A program made the translations under genes and the position numbers. A model generated the notes under the pieces. The model was given only the letters and a program-made list of their open reading frames with translations, had not been told where the DNA came from and did not search any database. 64,000 nucleotides of DNA from NCBI GenBank assembly GCA_900548725.1, contig URLV01000005.1, forward strand, positions 25 to 64,024, written 5' to 3'. Of the stretch, positions 1 to 6,248 are shown piece after piece. Position 1 is the first letter of the stretch, and the number at the start of each line of letters is the position of its first letter. The stretch comes from an uncultured Mycoplasmatota bacterium (GTDB taxonomy: Bacteria; Bacillota_I; Bacilli_A; RF39; UBA660).

Positions 1-37
<37 letters not shown>

Positions 38-142
38 AAAATTCATATTTTATTTCTGAATTGATACTAGCCAAAATTTACTCAAATTCTTTTTACTTAG
101 TTTTCAAAGATCATTTCGCACCTTTTTGTCAAGTGCATTAAT

Positions 143-171
143 AATATACCAAATAATTTAAGACTTTGCAA
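143..171 (-). promoter_or_regulatory. Putative rrn promoter (proximal)
   Basis: Minus strand reads TTGCAA (171-166), 17 nt, TATATT (148-143), with a TGg extended -10. It lies about 110 nt upstream of the 16S 5' end. Confidence 0.45.
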
Positions 172-234
172 TAGCAAATTTAATATTTTTGTAATTTTTT
201 TGCAATTTTCTGCCTTCTTTTTGATACATGTATT

Positions 235-263
235 AATATACTATAATTATATTCATTTGTAAA
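235..263 (-). promoter_or_regulatory. Putative rrn promoter (distal)
   Basis: Minus strand reads TTTACA (263-258), 17 nt, TATATT (240-235). Tandem promoters are common for rrn operons. Confidence 0.4.
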
Positions 264-368
264 GTACAAATTTCACTTTTTTTATATTTTTTTGCAAAAA
301 TATATTCTAAAACTAAATAGATAAAAAAATCGCTTAAATTGTATATCAATTAAGATTACTTAATTTAT

Positions 369-392
369 AAAAAAACTAGATTATAAATCTAG
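369..392 (-). terminator. Intrinsic terminator after tRNA-Glu
   Basis: Minus strand has a CTAGATT-tat-AATCTAG hairpin followed by T7, directly downstream of the tRNA 3' end. Confidence 0.5.
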
Positions 393-404
393 AAAATTTC
401 ACTT

Positions 405-480
405 TGGTGACCCATATGGGGTTCGAACCCATGAATGTAGCCTTGAGAGGGCTATGTGTTAACCATTTCACCAATGGGCC
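405..480 (-). tRNA. tRNA-Glu (anticodon CUC)
   Basis: 76-nt cloverleaf. Acceptor GGCCCAU pairs with AUGGGUC. D arm is GUG/CAC. Anticodon stem is UAGCC/GGCUA with loop CUCUCAA (anticodon CUC). T arm is AUGGG-UUCGAAC-CCCAU. The CCA end is encoded. Ends resemble Firmicute tRNA-Glu (GGCCC...GGGUCACCA). Confidence 0.9.
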
Positions 481-499
481 AAATGCTTAATAAGCATTT
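481..499. terminator. Hairpin between the kinase gene and the tRNA (possible terminator or processing site)
   Basis: AAATGCTT-aat-AAGCATTT palindrome. A T-tract follows only in the plus-strand reading, so function is uncertain. Confidence 0.3.
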
Positions 500-507
500 T
501 TATTTTA

Positions 508-1659
508 TCATACAATTTTATCTTTGACTACTTTTTTTAAGGTAAAATTATTTTTTTTATATTTTTGATAACTTGAATAAATATAATTATTTATATATGG
601 TAACTTTTTTTCTATATCTTTTACTAGAGCTAATTGATTTCTAGCTCTATCTAGATTATGATTATAATAATCTGTTTTAAAATAAACATCTCCATTTATA
701 TAATCATTTAAAAATCTCATCGCTAATTCTAAAGTTATTATTCTTATTGCTTCTCCCATAAGTGCAATTTCATTTTCAGTAATACATTCAAACATTTCAC
801 TCATATACCCATCTGTATAATTCTCAAACATTTTTAAATCTATACTAACTTTTGATAAATCTTTTTCATCTTCTAAAGCAGTTGAAGAAGTAGATCTAAT
901 CCCATCACCATAGTCATATAATAAACTTCCTGGCATAACAGTATCTAAATCTATTACTGCTAAATACTCTCCCGTTTTTTTACTCATTAAAACATTATTT
1001 ACTTTTGTATCATTATGGGTAACTCTGTAGGGGATATTACCATTATTTAATTCTTTTGTAATTTTACTACATATTTTACTTCTTTTTAATATTTCATTAA
1101 TTTCCTTTTTGACACTATTAACTCTTTTAAATGAGTCTCTTTCTATATCTTTTAAAAAGTTTTCTAATCTTTTTTGTGTATTGTGAAAATCTTTAATTGT
1201 TTCTTCTAATGTATTTATTGGATAATTATTTAATAATTTATTAAAGTTTCCAAATGCTTTCCCTGTATTATATACAATTTTATTGTCTGTAGAATAATCA
1301 TATGAAATAGAATTATCAATGAAATTATATATTCTGAAATATGAAATATTATCGCCATTGCTTATTTTACACAGCGAATCATCTTTAACTGTTTTTATTA
1401 TACTTAATACTTTGTGTTCTTTATCTTCATATTCATTCATTTTATTTTTTAAATAACTAGTAACTTTTTCAATATTATCCATTAGTATATATGGATTATT
1501 AAATACTAAAGTATTTATTTTTTGAACTAAATATTTTTCTCTTTTCCCTTCATTATCATATTCTATAATGTAAGTTTTATTTATATTTCCTACATTATAT
1601 TCTTTTATACTTTTTAAATTTCCTGGTATTTTGTAGTTTTCTAATATTTTCTTTATCAT
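508..1659 (-). CDS. APH-fold sugar kinase, N-acetylhexosamine 1-kinase (NahK)-like
   Basis: 383-aa ORF. Catalytic-loop motif HNDTKVNNVL and metal-binding VIDLDTV are typical of the aminoglycoside-phosphotransferase fold and resemble NahK/LnpB as I remember it. TGA stop at 508-510. Confidence 0.6.
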   Translation of the reverse strand: MIKKILENYKIPGNLKSIKEYNVGNINKTYIIEYDNEGKREKYLVQKINTLVFNNPYILMDNIEKVTSYLKNKMNEYEDKEHKVLSIIKTVKDDSLCKISNGDNISYFRIYNFIDNSISYDYSTDNKIVYNTGKAFGNFNKLLNNYPINTLEETIKDFHNTQKRLENFLKDIERDSFKRVNSVKKEINEILKRSKICSKITKELNNGNIPYRVTHNDTKVNNVLMSKKTGEYLAVIDLDTVMPGSLLYDYGDGIRSTSSTALEDEKDLSKVSIDLKMFENYTDGYMSEMFECITENEIALMGEAIRIITLELAMRFLNDYINGDVYFKTDYYNHNLDRARNQLALVKDIEKKLPYINNYIYSSYQKYKKNNFTLKKVVKDKIV

Positions 1660-1806
1660 GATACTTCTAATACATTCATAAAAATATTTTATTGAATGTC
1701 CTTTCTAATTTACTTTTTTAATCTATTAGTTATTATAACAGCACTAATATTAAATATCAAAGTATTTAGTATATTTTTTTATAAATAGTTAATAATATTA
1801 TTAGAA

Positions 1807-2358
1807 ATGAGTGATATTATGCTAATAATTGTTGGTTCAAGAAGAAACGGTAATTCATTAAAGCTTGCAAATTTAGTAAAAGAAGAATTAAATAAAAATA
1901 GAATTTATTCTGATATAATAGTTCCTGGTAATCAAAAGATTCATATTTGTACTGGATGTATGGATTGTGATAAAGATGGTGTATGTGATTTCACTGATGA
2001 CATGAAAAATAATATCGATTTAATAAAAAAAGAAGATTATTTAATGTTTATAACTCCTGTTAGATGGAATTTACTAAGTGGTGATTTAAAAATATTTATA
2101 GATAGATTAAATCCTATGTATTCTAGAAATGAACTTAAAGATAAAAAAGTAATATTAGTTTCTATAGGTTGTAAAGATAACAGTTTATATAGTACTGAAG
2201 CTGGAATAACTAGTTTAAATAGTTTTGTAGAATCTGCTAAAATGCAAATTATTTTAGAAAAAAAGTTTTATAATTGTTTAAATGGCGATGATATTTTGGA
2301 ACAACAGTACGAAATAGAAGATTTTATTAATAAAGTTAAAGAAAAAATAGGATGCTAA
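1807..2358 (+). CDS. Flavodoxin-like FMN reductase / iron-sulfur flavoprotein (Isf)-like
   Basis: N-terminal LIIVGSRRNGNS phosphate-binding loop and a compact Cys cluster CTGCMDCDKDGVC. An alternative start ATG at 1819 has a better SD (GAGTGA). Confidence 0.6.
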   Translation: MSDIMLIIVGSRRNGNSLKLANLVKEELNKNRIYSDIIVPGNQKIHICTGCMDCDKDGVCDFTDDMKNNIDLIKKEDYLMFITPVRWNLLSGDLKIFIDRLNPMYSRNELKDKKVILVSIGCKDNSLYSTEAGITSLNSFVESAKMQIILEKKFYNCLNGDDILEQQYEIEDFINKVKEKIGC

Positions 2359-2379
2359 TCATTATATATCCTATTTTTT
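2342..2379. terminator. Bidirectional hairpin shared by convergent, overlapping genes
   Basis: AAAAAATAGGAT (2342-2353) and ATCCTATTTTTT (2368-2379) form a 12-bp stem. It spans both stop codons (TAA 2356-2358 plus strand, TAG 2355-2357 minus strand). Confidence 0.45.
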
Positions 2380-3065
2380 ATATGCTTTTTATTGTATTTA
2401 TTTAATACTTCAAAATTATTTAAATTTATTTTATATTTTTTAGATAATAAATTTATGGTATGTAATTGTTCCTCTGTAATATCTAATTGATTAATTGTTA
2501 AATCAAGAATCCTATTACAATCTTTTCTTCCATAAATTACACCTTTTTCTTTTATTAAAAAATCTATTATTTTGAACATATAATATTTTTCATGTTTTAA
2601 TCTAAGAAAACTTTTACACAAGTATTTGTCTTGTATTAAATAATTATTTAATAGTGTAGTTGCATTTATTAAATGTCTTTCAACATATCTATTATCAATT
2701 ATTGTGCCATCTTCTAATATAAAAAAACCAGTTTCTATTTTATTTGTTTCGTTTAATCCTATAAAATCATCAGTTGAATAAGTAAATATATGAGAAAGAT
2801 TATTTGATTCTGTTATAATATATTTATTATCTTTGCATTCAAATGTAGGATTTTCTAAATAGAATGGATTAATAACTGTATTTTTTTGTTCTCCAAATAT
2901 ATAATCAAAATACGGAGAAAAATATGTATATTTTTTTTGAAATTCTTTAAAATTTATTCTATTTGTTTCTTCATTTGTTAATTCTAAAGTTAGTTCTTTA
3001 CAAAATTTTAATAAATCATAATATTCTATTTCATATTCTTTATTGTTTATTTTTATTTTTATCAT
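2355..3065 (-). CDS. Hypothetical cytoplasmic protein (no recognisable motif), last gene of the operon
   Basis: 236-aa ORF with an ATGA start/stop overlap with the upstream HAD-GtrA gene (translational coupling). No hydrophobic segments. Confidence 0.6.
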   Translation of the reverse strand: MIKIKINNKEYEIEYYDLLKFCKELTLELTNEETNRINFKEFQKKYTYFSPYFDYIFGEQKNTVINPFYLENPTFECKDNKYIITESNNLSHIFTYSTDDFIGLNETNKIETGFFILEDGTIIDNRYVERHLINATTLLNNYLIQDKYLCKSFLRLKHEKYYMFKIIDFLIKEKGVIYGRKDCNRILDLTINQLDITEEQLHTINLLSKKYKINLNNFEVLNKYNKKHIKNRIYND

Positions 3066-4084
3066 TTTTTAAATACCAATAATTTACTTATTATATAGTT
3101 TCCAACAATAACTAATATTTGAGAAACTAACTTTCCTATTTTATCATTTAAATGTAATAATGTTACAATTATAAACATACATAACATGTCTAGAACTAAA
3201 GTTAATATTCTAGAAGAAACAAATGAAGTGGCTTCTTTTACAATATTTTTTTCTTTACTTTTAAAAACGAAAACTCTATTAGTTACATACGCAAACGCAA
3301 CAGATATTATCCAAGAAATAATGTTTGCAATTTGAAGTTCTTTAGCATTTTCTGGATTTAAAAAAGTTGTAACACATGCATAATATGTTATTAAACTAAT
3401 TAAAGTTGTTAAAAATCCAACAATTAAGTAATTCCAGATTTCTTCATTTTTATGATATATATTCCATCCAAAATCCCAAAATCTTTTAAAAATATTTGGC
3501 TTTTTATTTTTAAAATCTTCATAATTATATATATTATTCTTTTTAATTACATAAGATTTTTTTGCTAAATCAAGCAATGGTTTATCTGCGTTTATATCAT
3601 CTGAATACATTGTTTCTATTATACATTCAGGATATTCTTTGTTAATAAGTTTTACTTTTTCAACATTATGACAATTTATTCCGTTATATTTTCCTGTTTT
3701 CTTATCAACTGGAGATGCAAATAATTTCTTTATTTTATATTTTTTTGCAATTGGTTCAAGCAAAAAATATGGACTTGCTGATGCAATTATATCATTTTTA
3801 TGTGTTTTTTTATTTTTATAAAAATCTTTTATATTTTTTTCATGAGTCTTCCAAAACAATTCTAATTCATTATCAATATTTTCAAATTTGTTAAATATTT
3901 CAAAAAAACATTCCTTCATAGTTTCTTTAGTTATTAATTTTAATTTATATTTTATAAAATATATACCCATTTTTGGATAATGAGATAATATACTTTTTTT
4001 TCTTTTTGTTAAATATTTTATAAAATCTATAGTTGAATCACCGTCATATATAGTTCCATCAAAATCGTATATCTCTAATTTCAT
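3062..4084 (-). CDS. HAD-superfamily phosphatase fused to a GtrA-family membrane domain
   Basis: HAD motif I DFDGTIYDGDS at the N-terminus. The C-terminal ~130 aa carry four hydrophobic helices and NRVFVFKS, typical of GtrA-like proteins. SD AAGGAA lies 7 nt upstream. Confidence 0.7.
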   Translation of the reverse strand: MKLEIYDFDGTIYDGDSTIDFIKYLTKRKKSILSHYPKMGIYFIKYKLKLITKETMKECFFEIFNKFENIDNELELFWKTHEKNIKDFYKNKKTHKNDIIASASPYFLLEPIAKKYKIKKLFASPVDKKTGKYNGINCHNVEKVKLINKEYPECIIETMYSDDINADKPLLDLAKKSYVIKKNNIYNYEDFKNKKPNIFKRFWDFGWNIYHKNEEIWNYLIVGFLTTLISLITYYACVTTFLNPENAKELQIANIISWIISVAFAYVTNRVFVFKSKEKNIVKEATSFVSSRILTLVLDMLCMFIIVTLLHLNDKIGKLVSQILVIVGNYIISKLLVFKK

Positions 4085-4149
4085 AATATCATTCCTTATG
4101 TATTTAGTATACCATATAATCTTTAATTTTTTATAAAATAAAAAGTATA

Positions 4150-5682
4150 TTAGAAATTTACAACTAATATACCATCTATTATTTTTATTGAATCTTTTTC
4201 TGGATAAGATTTCATATTGTTATATTCTTTACTACCTTTTATCTTATCACGTTCTTCATCTGTTGCTCTATTTAGATATACGCCAAATTCATTATTTATC
4301 ATTGTAAATATTTTTTTATCATTATTATAAGTGTATAAATCTGCATATCCGATATATTTCCCACCCCATAATGATTGGTCAAATGTTATATTATCATTTG
4401 TGTTTGGTAATGTATTTAACTCTTTATAAAAATTGCTATTTGATTCTCCTTTGAATATAATTGGTATTCCATAATAATATCCTTCTGTACTTTCTATTTT
4501 ATTTAATAAACGATTATTAAAGTTTTCTGTATATTTATAATATGTTTCTTGTTTGAAATAATATTTATTTGTTGTTATAAAATTCATAATACCTATCATT
4601 ATTATTAAAATTGTTGTTATTATATTTAAGTATTTTGGTTTTGTTTTATCTATTAAAAGTATTATTAGCAAATATAATGATGAGAAACTATATATTTGTA
4701 GTGATGTTAAGTCTGCTTTATATGCCATAAAATCTACTATATTAAATGTTAATGGTATTAAAATAATTAATATTGTAAATATTATTATGTTTGTTTTGTT
4801 TTTATATATATTTTCTTTTTTAATTTTATTTATTAGTAAAATAAATGTTAACATTATCGTTAAAATTCTTATTATACTTTCGAATATTGAAACTCTAAAG
4901 TATGATTTTCCTATAAAGTATCCTATAAAATGTTTATATGTTCTAAATATTAATTTTGGCCATTCACTTATTGGAGGAATTCCCATACTATTTGCACCTT
5001 TATAGTTTGATAAAGATGTTTTGTTTATTAATAAAAGTATTTTCAATATAATAAAGTATAGTATGATTCCAATAATTCCCATTATAAATAATTTTATAAT
5101 ATCTTTAAATATATCTTTTTCTTTTTTCTTATCAAGTATTTCTTTTATTATAAAAATTATTATAAGAGATACTGATACTGCGATGTATGATTGGTAATTA
5201 CCAAGTGATAATGCGATGCATAAACTTCCTGGTATGAAACCATATTTCCATTTTGTACTTAGCCATACTGCAAGTACAGCTAATAGTAAGGAAGTCATAT
5301 AGATTTCTACCATAAATAAATAACTAAATGATAGTGCTAATGAAGGAAATGTTGATATTATTAATGAAACTAAAATCATATTCCTCTTATTTTTTATTTT
5401 GAAAATATCACATATTAATAAACTAATTAATGCTAGTATTATTATAACTAATACAAAATTAATTGGTGCTGACATTAATGATGTTGTAAATAATGTTCCG
5501 TTATTCCATCTTCCACTTGTTAGTGCAAAATCTTTAAATACTAAATATGATAAGTCATCTTCGTTTGCTAGTCTTCTAGTAAAAAAATAAAAATGTGTTA
5601 AAAATGTAAATATCATACTGCTATAAATAGAATATTTATACTTGTCATATAGTTCTTGTAATTTTTTGATTATTTTTTTCAT
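4150..5682 (-). CDS. Polytopic membrane protein, GtrII/Glucos_trans_II-like extracytoplasmic glycosyltransferase candidate
   Basis: 510 aa. About a dozen hydrophobic segments are followed by a soluble C-terminal domain. NEDDLSY...SGRWNNG near the N-terminus resembles the GtrII-type family (from memory). Confidence 0.5.
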   Translation of the reverse strand: MKKIIKKLQELYDKYKYSIYSSMIFTFLTHFYFFTRRLANEDDLSYLVFKDFALTSGRWNNGTLFTTSLMSAPINFVLVIIILALISLLICDIFKIKNKRNMILVSLIISTFPSLALSFSYLFMVEIYMTSLLLAVLAVWLSTKWKYGFIPGSLCIALSLGNYQSYIAVSVSLIIIFIIKEILDKKKEKDIFKDIIKLFIMGIIGIILYFIILKILLLINKTSLSNYKGANSMGIPPISEWPKLIFRTYKHFIGYFIGKSYFRVSIFESIIRILTIMLTFILLINKIKKENIYKNKTNIIIFTILIILIPLTFNIVDFMAYKADLTSLQIYSFSSLYLLIILLIDKTKPKYLNIITTILIIMIGIMNFITTNKYYFKQETYYKYTENFNNRLLNKIESTEGYYYGIPIIFKGESNSNFYKELNTLPNTNDNITFDQSLWGGKYIGYADLYTYNNDKKIFTMINNEFGVYLNRATDEERDKIKGSKEYNNMKSYPEKDSIKIIDGILVVNF

Positions 5683-5765
5683 ATTTTTCTCATATAATTA
5701 ATCTTATAAAAATGTTAATAAATTTCTTTTATTGATTAATCCCTTTCTATTTGTATCCCTTCTTA

Positions 5766-5794
5766 AATATAATATTTTTAAATTCATGTGTCAA
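5766..5794 (-). promoter_or_regulatory. Sigma-A type promoter for the 4150-5682 operon
   Basis: Minus strand reads TTGACA (5794-5789), 17 nt, TATATT (5771-5766). It shares the core TTGACACATGA with the promoter at 6157-6185. Confidence 0.55.
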
Positions 5795-5888
5795 TATGAT
5801 TATTTATTTTTATTCATTATTATATAATTTGTTGAGTTTTGATAAGTTTTTAGAGGTTTTGTCGAAACACTTTATTTATATTTAAAAG

Positions 5889-5897
5889 TGATATAGT
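5889..5897 (+). promoter_or_regulatory. Extended -10 promoter for the small-ORF transcript
   Basis: Plus strand reads gTGaTATAGT. The -35 at 17-nt spacing (ACTTTA) is weak. Confidence 0.35.
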
Positions 5898-5976
5898 ATA
5901 ACTAATCGAGCATTCGTGTTGGTGTTTACCTCACTAACTGAGATTCTTTTTGAATTTGTAGGAAGTAGGTGGTAAT

Positions 5977-6051
5977 ATGTTCAAAAATTTGGAAAAATTA
6001 TTGAATAGAATTATTATTATTTTAATGATAATCTTTTTAGATAAAGAATAG
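5977..6051 (+). CDS. 24-codon small ORF, candidate type I toxin peptide
   Basis: ATG 5977 is preceded by SD AGGTGGT (5967-5973). It encodes MFKNLEKLLNRIIIILMIIFLDKE and stops at TAG 6049-6051. It is below the ORF-track length cut-off and convergent with the sRNA at 6062-6150. Confidence 0.35.
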   Translation: MFKNLEKLLNRIIIILMIIFLDKE

Positions 6052-6061
6052 TTTATATATA

Positions 6062-6150
6062 AAATAAAAAGACATCAGCCAACTCAGTTAGGGCCGATGT
6101 TTATCCAACCAGGGTAGACATTCAACTTTCAGGGGGTTGAATGCTCACCT
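6062..6150 (-). ncRNA. Candidate ~89-nt small RNA with its own promoter and terminator (putative antitoxin / antisense RNA)
   Basis: The predicted RNA is AGGUGAGCAUUCAACCCCCUGAAAGUUGAAUGUCUACCCUGGUUGGAUAAACAUCGGCCCUAACUGAGUUGGCUGAUGUCUUUUUAUUUU. The 5' hairpin is GCAUUCAAC/GUUGAAUGU. The terminator stem is ACAUCGGCC/GGCUGAUGU followed by a U-run. Its G-U pair would be an A-C mismatch on the plus strand. There is no ORF. Confidence 0.5.
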
Positions 6151-6156
6151 AATTAA

Positions 6157-6185
6157 ATAATATCATTTGGTATATCATGTGTCAA
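6157..6185 (-). promoter_or_regulatory. Near-consensus sigma-A promoter of the candidate sRNA
   Basis: Minus strand reads TTGACA (6185-6180), 17 nt, TATTAT (6162-6157). An A9 tract lies just upstream (6189-6197), UP-element-like. Confidence 0.6.
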
Positions 6186-6197
6186 ATGTTTTTTTTT
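6164..6197 (+). terminator. Candidate plus-strand terminator of the small-ORF mRNA
   Basis: CATTTGG (6164-6170), 11-nt loop, TCAAATG (6182-6188), followed by T9 (6189-6197). The stem is weak and AT-rich but the U-tract is long. Confidence 0.35.
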
Positions 6198-6213
6198 CAT
6201 ATTTTCTTCATAA

Positions 6214-6248
6214 CTAAAAAATGTTGATAAGTTATTTGTTATCAACAT
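6214..6248 (-). terminator. Intrinsic terminator of the 1080-aa fusion gene
   Basis: ATGTTGATAA (6221-6230) and TTATCAACAT (6239-6248) form a 10-bp stem enclosing the stop codon. T5 follows on the minus strand (6220-6216). Confidence 0.55.

Noticed and set aside
127-132. Third rrn promoter using the TTGACA at 132-127 (minus strand).
   Set aside because: The sequence 17 nt downstream (CTTTGA) is not a credible -10. The region more likely belongs to the transcribed rRNA leader.
508-510. Possibility that the genome uses the Mollicutes code (TGA = Trp), prompted by the Mollicutes-like clpB.
   Set aside because: TGA ends well-supported genes exactly where expected (508-510; the ATGA overlap at 11173-11176; the GTGA overlap at 29007-29010). 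Conserved Trp positions checked in clpB are TGG. All large ORFs are intact under the standard code.
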